From: Candidatus Methylomirabilis sp.
Lineage (GTDB): Bacteria; Muiribacteriota; Ozemobacteria; Ozemobacterales; Ozemobacteraceae
Reading direction: 5' to 3'
Assembly (NCBI GenBank): GCA_020722725.1
Contig: DYKG01000003.1
Coordinates: 45,129 to 109,128, forward strand
DNA: 64,000 nucleotides
Shown here: piece after piece, positions 7,876 to 18,500 of the stretch
Position numbering within the stretch: position 1 is the first letter of the stretch
Layout of the letters: every line of letters begins with the position of its first letter
Position numbers and translations under genes: made by a program
Notes under the pieces: generated by a model
Seen by the model: the letters and a program-made list of their open reading frames with translations, nothing else
What the model was told of the DNA's origin: nothing
Database searches by the model: none

Positions 7876-10800
7876 ATGAAGAACCTTCTGGCCATCTTTT
7901 TATTTCTCTGCCTGTGCATTTTTATAGGCTGCCTTGGGGTTGGCGGGGGCGGCAGCGGCAATCCGACCGGTTTGGTCAGCCTCAATACCCCGGCAATTCT
8001 GGCTGGAAGGGCTTATTTTGCTGACCGGCAACTCTATGGCAATATTCCTGTCTCTGCGGTAAATTCTGCCGGGCAGACTGCCGAAACAGTTCTGACCGAC
8101 TCTGCGGGTTATTTTGGCTTCACCCAACTCTCTCAGGGTCTTTACGATCTGGTTGCAGTAACCGGAGACAGCGAAGTCATCTTCAGTCGTGGGGTTCAGG
8201 TTGCCGGCAATACGCAAAAGCAGGTTAACGAAACCTCTCTTCTGGGCATTGTGGATGTAAAAATCTACAACATCGCCTCGACTTCTTTTGAAATTGAATT
8301 CAGATCGAATCGAGCCAGTCGAGCTTCGGTTGAATACGGCCCGGTTGGCGGTTTTCAGCAGGTTAAAACCATCGGTCAGGCTGGTGCAATATACCATCAG
8401 ACCAGGATCGACAACCTCAAACCATTGACCGATTATGAAGTCACGTTGTTTTTGACCGGTGATGACGGTCAGGATTTTGTCTACCGTGGTCTGTTCATGG
8501 CCACCACTCCCGAGCCCGGGCCCCAAAACCTTTCAGTAGCAATCAATGAGGGTGATTACGAAACCAAATATCAGAACGTAACATTGGATCTGGAAGCCGA
8601 TAACGCTACGCAAATGCGAATAAGTGAAACCTATGACATGGCCGAAGCAACCTGGGTAAGTTTTTCCCAGACCTACAGCTATTCATTTAAAACAACCACA
8701 GCGGGAACTCGACGAATCTACGTGCAATTTCGTGATGTTTCAGGAAATGTTACTGCTGTTCAATCTGACAGCATTCTTATGAACCTGACCGGTTACCTTG
8801 GAATCTGGATCAACGACGGGAGCGCGATAACCAACAATTCTGAAGCGGTTCTGAAAATCATGTTTCCCGGTGCAACTCATATGCAGCTGTCAAATTCAGC
8901 AGATTTTCTCAATTCATTCTGGGAAACTTACACTGAAAGCCGGCGCTGGAAATTCAGCAGCGGCGACGGCCTGAAAACGGTCTATTGCAGATTTCGCGGT
9001 GGCAAAGCGGATGAAAAAGAAAGTTTCAACGCCTCGATACTTTTAGACACTACTCCTCCTGAAGTAACGATGAAGATTAATGAAGGAAAAACGGTTACGG
9101 CAACAACTGCAGTAGCTCTAAGTTTCAGTTTTTCGACACCGCCGGTGCAGATGAAGATCACTAACACCGCAGCCCCGACTTCAACCATGGAATGGCTGAA
9201 TTTCAAAAGTTCATTGGATTGGGTTCTACCTGAAACCGATGGTGAAAAGACGGTTTATGGTCTTTTCAAAGATAGAGCGGGCAACGAATATGGGCCGGTA
9301 ACCGCTCTCATCACTCTTGATACCGTGGCCCCGACCGGAAATACGATTGATATCAGAGAAGGCGAAACCGCAGAGTCTGAAGTGGCATCATTCGCCTTGC
9401 TTGCCAGTCTTCCGGTTTATCTGCATTTTACTGCCGCAGACACCAGCACGTTCAAAGCACACTATGCTATAACACCGGCAACAACCACCGAGCCCATTTC
9501 TTTTACTGATGTTACAAGCCCGTTTGTAGCAGTTCCGCTCAGTTCAGACAAATTGCCGGTGGGCAAGCATAAAATATGGGTTCGATTCAGTGACCTTGCC
9601 GGAAACCTGGGATTTTTCCAGACTACCAGCATTGAAATTGACGGCCCCCAGATCATCATTTCTCCTGAAAGCGCAACCCTTACATCAGGGCGGGAGCAGC
9701 AGTTCAACGCCACAATCAAAAACATCGAAATGGCAGATGTTGGAAGCATCAGATGGCGGGTTATCACCGGCTCAGGAACTATAGACAATGACGGGCTTTT
9801 CACTGCCCCGGCACCGGTTTACGTTCCGTCTCAAACGGTTGTAAGGGCTGATTCAACACTTATTTCAACACTTTTTGCCTACTCCACCGTCAATCTGGCC
9901 ACTTCAGTTGAAATGCTTTTTCAGCAGCGGGACAGCAAATTCACCTATGATGCAATCAATGATCAGGTTGCCCCTGGCCAGAGTTTTAACGTTGCAGTAA
10001 AAATTCTCAACAGTACCCGGGCATTCGAAATTAGTCAACTGCCGGTTGCGGGTACCGTTTCTATCTCTGCCGGTGTCGCTGCTGATTTTGGCACAGTTGC
10101 GACATTAACCTACAACGCTCCCGCGGTTGCCCCAACGCAAAACCCAGTCACCATTGGCATCAGGTCTATTTCTGCCCCGACAACTGTTGCCGGAACCATG
10201 ACCCTGACTATTTCTACCGGCCCAAATCTAGTTTTAAGCCCGACCAGCGGTGACGCGCAAAGAAACAACCCGCTGACAATTTCTGCTACCGTCACCGGCA
10301 CCAGCGTAAATACGATGAACTGGGCAATCAGCCCGACAAATATGGGCAGTTTCGACCCCAACAACCCATCAGTCACTACCACGACTACGGTTTCGCCCCA
10401 TTCGGTAACCTTTTATGCCTCGTCTCCCGCCCGAATTCAGCAGGCATCAGTAACAGCGACCATCGATGGGGCAAGCAAAAGCACCATCATAACTGTTTAC
10501 CCGCCATTGCGCTTCACCATTGAGCCGCCGGCAACCTCTTCGATGCCGATCATTGCACCGATTACTTTCAAAGCCCAGGGTTTCGATTATCTTCTGGGAA
10601 CAGCCAGCGAAGCGGTAATATGGGAATTCAAAAACCTCAACCGCACCGATTACATGCCGGCAGATGGCAAAACCTTCATCGATCGCGGCTCTCTAACCAT
10701 AATAGACTCAACTACAGCAGAATATCGAAGACCGGCCAAGTTGCCGAGCGAGTCAGACGCCACTGCAGCCGATGCGGTTATTATCAGGGCAACCTCGGTG

Positions 10801-12363
10801 GCCGACCCACTGGCTTCATCTACAGCAATCGCATCGATCACTCCCAAGGTTGTGGTTGAAATTTATGATTCGATCGAAAAAGTCGCTTCGATCTCTCAAG
10901 CTGCCACGGTTGCCGAAGTTGGCAAGCTGCAGTTCTTTTCATCGGTCACTCCTACGGTTATCGGCAACACATCAGTAAGCTGGACGGTTAACGGAACTAC
11001 CGATTCAGAGCAGTATGGCTCAATTGACGCCAATGGTCTTTACACGGCTCCTGATGAAATCTTCGTAAATGAAGTCACAGTTAGAGCTTCTTCAAATTAC
11101 GATCCAACTGCCTATGCAGAAGTAATGGTTCAATTGAGTGACTTCTGGTTACCCAAGCGCAACAATATGTATGATTCGATTACCGGTGAGGTAATGCCGA
11201 TCAATACTATTATGGTCAACCCCTTTACCGCGAGCGGCACTGATTTTACGGTTTATGCAGGCACCAGCGGCTATGGTGTCTGGAAATCGACATTTTCAGA
11301 CCTTCCAGGCAATACGACCGGTGGCGATTGGAGCGGCATTGCCGGCCTTTTTAATACGGCAAAACAGACTGACGGCAAATTTTTTGTCAGCCACCTGGCA
11401 ATATCAGCTAATCAGAAAGTTTATGCCGGAACTATCAATGGAATTTACTTCATCGACGCGAATACTGATTCTTCATTGCTGCTAACTTTCTCTGGTGGAC
11501 CAGAAACCACGCTGCCCAATGAAAACTTTCTTAAACTTGCCTTTGACGCAACCGATCCGCGAATCCTATTCACAACAACACCAAATGGTGTATATAAAAT
11601 TACTTTAAACAGCAGTAATCCAGACCAGTTCGATTCTATTTTAAAAGTTTTGAACACTACCGACGAATACAGGGTATTAGAAGGACGCCCCAATGGTTCA
11701 GGTGGCTCGGTTGTAGCGTTTGGTGATACCGACCAGGTAAATCCAATCAATGCCATACTCAAAACCATTGCGTATGATGAATACCTTGACCGGCTTTACG
11801 CTGGTGGTGAGGGCGGTGTATTTCTTTATCTGCTGCGAACTGATCAGTCCAATCTTCAGACAATATCTCCAGCCACAGCTTTCAGAGGACCGGCACCGGC
11901 GACCGACACTTGGCAACTCGCACTTATTTATGATTTGACACCTAATCAACCGTTACCAAGTCAGCAGCCACGATTACCCCAGACTTCACCTCCTCTTGAT
12001 ATTGCGATTGACGTAGTGAATAGAAATACCATCTGGGCAGCAACGGTAGCGGGCGTTTATCGTTCGGTTGACAATGGTGTTAGCTGGGCTGCACGCCCAT
12101 TTACCTCTGGCAGTATAGTAAATACCAGAACCATAATAGTTGACCCGACAAACACCATAAATGTACTGGCAGGCAGCGAAGATGGCCTTTATCGCTCAAC
12201 TAATGCCGGTGGAACCTGGAAACGCATACGCAGCGGTCTGGGCAATCACAAAACGATTACCTGCCTGACTCAGGCTTCAGGTCTTGCCGGCGCCCGCCGC
12301 AAAGTCTGGGTTGGCACCGCCGGTGGCGTCTTCATGGGCAAACAATCTCTCGATCTGGAATAA
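7876..12363 (+). CDS. Giant surface lipoprotein with CarboxypepD_reg-like, Fn3/Ig-like and C-terminal BNR (Asp-box) beta-propeller modules
   Basis: The N-terminus from ATG 7876 is a lipoprotein signal (MKNLLAIFLFLCLCIFIGC) followed by a Gly run (GVGGGGSG). The ORF track starts at TTG 7822. The central part shows repeated beta-sandwich pattern. Asp-box repeats sit at the C-terminus (RSVDNGVSW, YRSTNAGGTW). Confidence 0.7.
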   Translation: MKNLLAIFLFLCLCIFIGCLGVGGGGSGNPTGLVSLNTPAILAGRAYFADRQLYGNIPVSAVNSAGQTAETVLTDSAGYFGFTQLSQGLYDLVAVTGDSEVIFSRGVQVAGNTQKQVNETSLLGIVDVKIYNIASTSFEIEFRSNRASRASVEYGPVGGFQQVKTIGQAGAIYHQTRIDNLKPLTDYEVTLFLTGDDGQDFVYRGLFMATTPEPGPQNLSVAINEGDYETKYQNVTLDLEADNATQMRISETYDMAEATWVSFSQTYSYSFKTTTAGTRRIYVQFRDVSGNVTAVQSDSILMNLTGYLGIWINDGSAITNNSEAVLKIMFPGATHMQLSNSADFLNSFWETYTESRRWKFSSGDGLKTVYCRFRGGKADEKESFNASILLDTTPPEVTMKINEGKTVTATTAVALSFSFSTPPVQMKITNTAAPTSTMEWLNFKSSLDWVLPETDGEKTVYGLFKDRAGNEYGPVTALITLDTVAPTGNTIDIREGETAESEVASFALLASLPVYLHFTAADTSTFKAHYAITPATTTEPISFTDVTSPFVAVPLSSDKLPVGKHKIWVRFSDLAGNLGFFQTTSIEIDGPQIIISPESATLTSGREQQFNATIKNIEMADVGSIRWRVITGSGTIDNDGLFTAPAPVYVPSQTVVRADSTLISTLFAYSTVNLATSVEMLFQQRDSKFTYDAINDQVAPGQSFNVAVKILNSTRAFEISQLPVAGTVSISAGVAADFGTVATLTYNAPAVAPTQNPVTIGIRSISAPTTVAGTMTLTISTGPNLVLSPTSGDAQRNNPLTISATVTGTSVNTMNWAISPTNMGSFDPNNPSVTTTTTVSPHSVTFYASSPARIQQASVTATIDGASKSTIITVYPPLRFTIEPPATSSMPIIAPITFKAQGFDYLLGTASEAVIWEFKNLNRTDYMPADGKTFIDRGSLTIIDSTTAEYRRPAKLPSESDATAADAVIIRATSVADPLASSTAIASITPKVVVEIYDSIEKVASISQAATVAEVGKLQFFSSVTPTVIGNTSVSWTVNGTTDSEQYGSIDANGLYTAPDEIFVNEVTVRASSNYDPTAYAEVMVQLSDFWLPKRNNMYDSITGEVMPINTIMVNPFTASGTDFTVYAGTSGYGVWKSTFSDLPGNTTGGDWSGIAGLFNTAKQTDGKFFVSHLAISANQKVYAGTINGIYFIDANTDSSLLLTFSGGPETTLPNENFLKLAFDATDPRILFTTTPNGVYKITLNSSNPDQFDSILKVLNTTDEYRVLEGRPNGSGGSVVAFGDTDQVNPINAILKTIAYDEYLDRLYAGGEGGVFLYLLRTDQSNLQTISPATAFRGPAPATDTWQLALIYDLTPNQPLPSQQPRLPQTSPPLDIAIDVVNRNTIWAATVAGVYRSVDNGVSWAARPFTSGSIVNTRTIIVDPTNTINVLAGSEDGLYRSTNAGGTWKRIRSGLGNHKTITCLTQASGLAGARRKVWVGTAGGVFMGKQSLDLE

Positions 12364-12502
12364 TACCAACTTAATTCGTTCGTGACACTACGATTTAAAG
12401 CGGGCCGACGCGAAGGTCGACCCCTACGAATATTTCTTCTGTGATTCGTATGACAAATCAATCTGATTTGGGCAAGTTCTGGAAACCACTTTTCATTACA
12501 AC

Positions 12503-15500
12503 TTACCATGCGCCGGTTCTGAATCTGATGATGTAGTTATTCGTGCGGTCAGTGACATAAAGGTCATTTTGAATAATGGCAATACCGTAAGGCTCGGTAA
12601 ATTCACCGCGATCGATGCCGTTGCCGTTTTTTCCAAATGAATAAATCAAATTACCGCTTGAATTGATTACATGAACCCTTGGAGTCCCGGCAGTCTGATC
12701 AGTCACGTATGTGTTACCAGTGGAACTGTAAGCAAAATTCGTCGGGTTGTTAACCGTCTGAGAAAGCCAGCTGGCCACCGAATTCAAATCGTTGCCGAAC
12801 CTCAGTACCTTATCGTTACCATATTCAGAAACTCCAAGAGTGGTGGCATTGATCAGATTAATGTCACGAGGCGTGCTTAAAGCCTGAGATTCACTAAAGA
12901 AAACCCCATTGGTAATATCTAGTTTTTTGATGCGGTTATTGTCGGTATCTGCGACATAAATTGCATTGGCATCGACGCAGAATCCAAATGGATTTTTGAA
13001 CTGAGTTGAAAGGTTGCCATCGGGAATATAATAGTTTCTGATTGAAGAATGCAAGGTGCCAGTATCCCAGCTCTGAATTCGGTAATTTCCGCCGGAAAGG
13101 TTGCCGAGACTGTATAAGGTCGTGCCAGTATATGAAATATCCAGGTAAGAATGAGTCTGGGAAGCAACAGCAGTCTCAGTAGCAATTGAGGGAAAATCAC
13201 CAATTGTGGTTAATCCGGCGGTAAGACGATTCAATTTAACGATTCGTGAATTACCCGGATCAATAACGAAAGCCGCATTATTGCCAAATCCTAATATAGC
13301 CGTTGGCCCGCTCAGGGTTCCTGGCCCAAAGGGGGCACCGCCAAGCGGAGTGAAAGTATTGTAACCTTCCGAATCCCAGATCCAGAAAGTAAAGCTAGCG
13401 GTTGAAATCTGGTTGTATTCATCCTGAACCTGAACCGTGTAAGTGTAACTGCCGGGCGTTTCAAAGTTGCGGGTCAGGGTTGCCACATTGCCAAGCAGCA
13501 CTGCGCCTTCATACCAGTTGATTTTCGCCGGGGCAATAATGTCGGTGTCTTCTTCCTGAGCGGTTACGCTGAAGGTAACCTGCATACCAGGGCTTGCAAG
13601 ATGAATGGGAATATAATTCGAAGGCAGCGGGTATTCTGGCCCGTCGGCAAATTTTGCCGGAGAGCTGATGAAGGGTTTTGAAATAAACGTTGGAAGTTTG
13701 TCGATGAGCACCTGAATAGTAGATGACCTGGCGGTATTCTGGGTATCAGTGCCTATGTAAGTAATAGTCTGAACACCACGGGTGAGGGCTGAAGTATTCA
13801 AAGTCGGGCCGCCGCCGAATGACGTGGTGCCTTCCGGCCACCACCAGTCGGTGGGAATCAATGCGGTCAAATCAGGAGTGCCGGTGAAAGAAATCGTTGC
13901 ACCAGTGTCGAATCTGGTGCCAGAAGCGGGGGCAGTTATGGAAGGCACCCCGATACCGACCTGAATAGTGTAAGTTGCGCTGTTGAAAGTGCCGAGATCG
14001 TCGAGACCACCCAGCGAGATGTTGATGGTTCCGGTGGGGAGTTCGGCGACGGTTCCGGCAAAGCTGTTGGTGCCACTCTTGTAGAGAGCGCTGTTTTTAT
14101 ACCAGCGAAGCGATGCCACGGGGATGGCAAAACCACCAGAATCTGTGCCAGAGCCGCTGAAATTGATATTCTGCCCGCCGAAATACTTGCCATTATTATC
14201 TGGATCGATAATCGTAAAAGTGGGTGGGTCATTTATCACAATCTGAATGGTTTTCGATTTCGATAATCCGGCCGAATCGGTTCCAATGTAGGTGATAGTC
14301 TTGAGCCCGCGGGTCGGGAAGGCATAGGAAATATTTGCGCCGCTTCCCATGAGAGTTACGTTATCAAGATACCAATTCATGGTAAGCGGGCCACCCGAAT
14401 CAGGGCTACCGGTGAAATTTACATTTGCACCGATAGCAAATCTGGTTCCTGAAGCCGGGCTTGAGATGGTCGGGTGGCTGACACCCACTTCGATGGTATA
14501 GGTTGCACCGCCATAAGCGTTGAATTCGTCTTTAACCTGCAGGCCAATATCTCTGGTGCCGGTGGGCATTTCGGCAACCGTGGCGGTGAAAGCATCGACA
14601 CCGGATTTAAAATTGGTGGTATCGCGGAACCATTTGAAATTGGCGGCGGCAATTGCGCCACCACCTGAATCGGTGCCGGTTCCCGAGAAACTGAGGGTCT
14701 GGTAACCAAAATATCTGCCATTATTGGCGGGTAAAGCAATGGCGGCTGCCGGTGCGTTGTTAAGCACTATCTGAATGCTGCCTGACCTGGTAGTGCCAGC
14801 ATCGTCGGTGCCGCGATAGGTCAAAGTCTGCAGACCGCGAGGCAGAGTGGCAATCGAAGCGTTGGGTCCGGCACCAAACACGGCAGCCCCTTCCACCCAA
14901 TACCATTCGGTGCTTATCACCCCGGTCAGATCAGGGGAACCGGTCAGAGCGATGTTGCTGCCAAGAGCATAGCGGGTTCCAGAGGCTGGACTGCTAACCG
15001 AAGGATGGCTGATTCCCACTTCAATCGTGTGGGTTGCACCATTGTAAGTGCCCAGATTATCTTTGGTCTGCAGACCGATCTGCAGAGTGCCGGTAGGCAG
15101 ATCAGCTACCGAAGCCGAAAAATTGGCGAAACCATTTTTGAAATTGGTTCCGTCTCTGAACCATTTAAAAGTCGAAGTATCGACGGCTGAGCCGCCTGAA
15201 TCGGTGCTGCTGCCCGAAAACGCCAGAGTCTGACCACCAAAGTAGTTGCCATTGTTAACCGGAGTTGCGATGCTCACCGTCTGCGGGTTATTGAGAACAA
15301 CCTGAATGGCACCGGATCTGGTGGTTCCGGCGCTGTCGGTGCCTCGGTAGCTGAGAGTGTGCAGACCCCTGGGCAATGTTGCGATTGAGGCATTGGGTCC
15401 GGCGCCGAAAACGGCGGTTCCCTGGGTCCAGTACCATTCTGTGGGTATCAGCCCGGTCAGATCGGGGAAACCGGTCAGCGCAACATTACTGCCCAGAGCG

Positions 15501-18500
15501 TATCTGGTGCCTGAAGCGGGCCCGGTGATCTGCGGCACGTCGATGCCAGTCTGAATCGTGTTGGTAACTGTGCCGGTGGTGCCGAAGGAATCGGTGCCGT
15601 CGAGTCTGACGTTAACCGTGCCAGTGCCAAGCTCGGCGATGGTGGCTGAAAAATTTGCAACAGAGTTTCGCCAGGAAGAACCGTCACGATACCATTTAAA
15701 AGTGCTGGTCAAAATCGGTGAACCGCCCAGATCGACACCCGAACCCGATACGCTCAGTATCTGACCGCCGAAATATTTGCCGTTGTTTACCGGGGCAGCA
15801 ATGGTCATGGTCGGGGTTTCGTTGATCAGTATCTGAATATCCTTGCGGCTCAGCAGACCGGCGCTGTCAGTGCCGATATAAGAAATGGTCTTAACCCCTC
15901 GGGTTGCAAAGCTGTAAGTCAGGTTAGCCCCGTTGCCAAGCAGAGTTTCGCCGGCCTTGCCATAATCGAAATACCAGTACATGGTAATCGGTGCCGTCGT
16001 ATCCGGGGTTCCGGTGAAGTTTATATTGGCACCGATGCTGTAAGTCGAGCCTGACGCTGGGGATATGATGTCGGCAAGCGGATGACCGTAGAAAATATCG
16101 TGGGTTCCGGTGCCAGTGGTGCCGTATTGGTCAACACCGGCTGCATCGATGGTGTGCCAGCCCACGGTCAGGTCACCGGCATTAACGGTTGCAGGTGATC
16201 CGGTGTCAAACAGGGCTCCATCAATATACCATTTGAAAGTCGAGGCATTGATTGGCGGGTTTGGTGCGATCGCTTCGATTCCAGACCCTGCCAGATTGAA
16301 CGAAGCCCCGGCAAAAATCACCGCATCAGAAACACCATCGGCAGGCGGGGTGAAAGTAATGGTCGGCGAATCGTTCATCAGAATCTGAACGCTGAAAGAG
16401 CTGCAATAACCGGCACTGTCGGTGCCCAGATAAGTGATGGTGTTGAGACCGGCAGGAATGGTGCTGGTATTGAAGCTGGCCGCATTGCTCATATACACCG
16501 GCGCTCCGCCATTTGAGCGGTACCACTGCATATCGATCGGGGCCAGAGTTGCAGGAGAACCGGCAAATGCCACATTTGAGCCAATCGGGAAAGTTGAACC
16601 CGACGCGGGCGCGGTGATCTGAGCCAGGGTTACGCCGTAATAAATGCTGTTGGTTATGTCACTGCTTACACCAAGAGAGTTTTGTGCTTCAACTTTGATC
16701 TGGTGCAGGCCGACACTGAGATCACCAACATTGACCTGAACCGGCGAGCCGCTTCTGAATGCTGCAGTTTCGCTGTCGCGATACCATTTGGCCGTAGCTT
16801 CAACGACATCCCCGCCAACTGTCAGGTTGAAAGGTTGCCCGACAAAAAGTCGCGAGCCATTTCCGGGAGTGAAGTTAATCGCAGGACTGTTGCTGACGAT
16901 TACCCGGATAGTCGCAGAGCTAACCACCCCGGCCGAATCGGTTCCAATATAGGTTATAAAATGATTGCCATTAGGAATGATGGCATTGAGCGTAGTACCA
17001 TTGCCAAGCAGGGTCGAGCCAACCGTGTTATAATCGAGCCACCACTGCATGGTAATCGGACCAGTGGTGTCGGGAGTGCCGGTAAAGCTGTACATGGTAG
17101 ATTCAGGAATTACCGTATCGTTGAGCGGTGAACTTATGCTGGCGTTGGCGACTCCGAGATAGATGCTCTTGATTTCTTTGCCAACGGCGTTGATAGAATT
17201 GGTTCCACGCAGCTCAACCTGTCTTAGCCCTGGCCCAACCGCAGAAACCATTGCCGGATCGACAGTGAATACAGAGAAAGAGGCCAATCTCTGAGTATTA
17301 TCGATATACCAGGCCATACGGTTTGCAGGAATGGGCAAACCGGTCAGGGTGTCAGTTCCAACCCCGTAGAAAATAACATTTTTGCCGGCAAAGAAGGCTG
17401 TGCCCGCTCCAGGTGAAAAATCCATGGTGGGAAACTGACCAATGCTGAGATTTATACTGTCAGAGCTGATAAAACCTGTGCTGTCGGTACCAAAGTAAGA
17501 GATATTGTAATAACCGTCAGGCAGCGAATTGGTGCTGACATTGGCCCCTTCGCCGATCGGCGTGGCCCCAGGCTGGCCGTAATTGGCCCACCACTGCATG
17601 GTAATCGGCCCAATACTGTCGGGAACGCCTGAAAAATTAATGGTAGTGCCCGAAGTAAACGTCGAATCATTGGCGGGCGAATTGATCTGAGACATGGTGA
17701 TGCCGCTTCTGATGGTATGAGTCCGAGTAGCGAGGGTGCCATATGGCCCAACGGCCTCAAGTGCTATCTGATAAGTGCCTGGTGCCATCTGATTGAGCAG
17801 GAAGCCTTGGGAAACCGTGAAGACACTGCCAGTTCTCCAGAAACCGCCGTCAATATACCACCGCAGCCTGGTATCAGGAATCACGTTGTTGTCTGTATCA
17901 ATGGCATTGCCGTTAAAAGTAATATTATGGCCGGCAAAAATGCAGGCTCCATCGGCCGGAGTGTAAGTGACAATAGGCGGGCGCTCGACAACGATTCCAA
18001 TCGTCGCCGAACCAACAAAGCCCTGACTGTCGGTACCACGATAACTTACCCGATAAGCACCGTTTGGCGGAGAATAAGTTACATTCTGGCCGCTGCCAAA
18101 GCTATTGGGGTCTTCATTCAGGAACCATGCAAGATTGAGGGTTCCGGTTGAGTTGGGGGTTGCAGCAAAATTGATGCTGGTACCCGGGTCAAATCTAGTG
18201 CCGCTCGCCGGGCTGGTTATAACCGGAAGCTGCCACCCGACTTCAATGGCATGGGTCGGACTATCGGCCTGGCCCAACTTGCTTTCACCCTGAACTCTGA
18301 CCCGATATGTTCCCGGAACCAATGAATTAGAGGCAATTACAAAACTTTCACCGGTCTGCCAGATGGCTGGCTGATTATTCAAATACCATTCGAATTTGGT
18401 CACATCAAGGACACTGCCATCAGAATCGGTTCCGCTGGCCAGAAAACTGATCGAATTTCCGGCAAAAATTACACTGCGATCGGTGGGCAAAAAGGTAATG

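Noticed and set aside
12364-12502. Bidirectional intrinsic terminator between the convergent giant genes
   Set aside because: Only imperfect short hairpins were found (GGCCGAC/GTCGACC at 6 of 7 bp; AATTCGT/ACGAATA) with no adjacent T-run, so no terminator was called.
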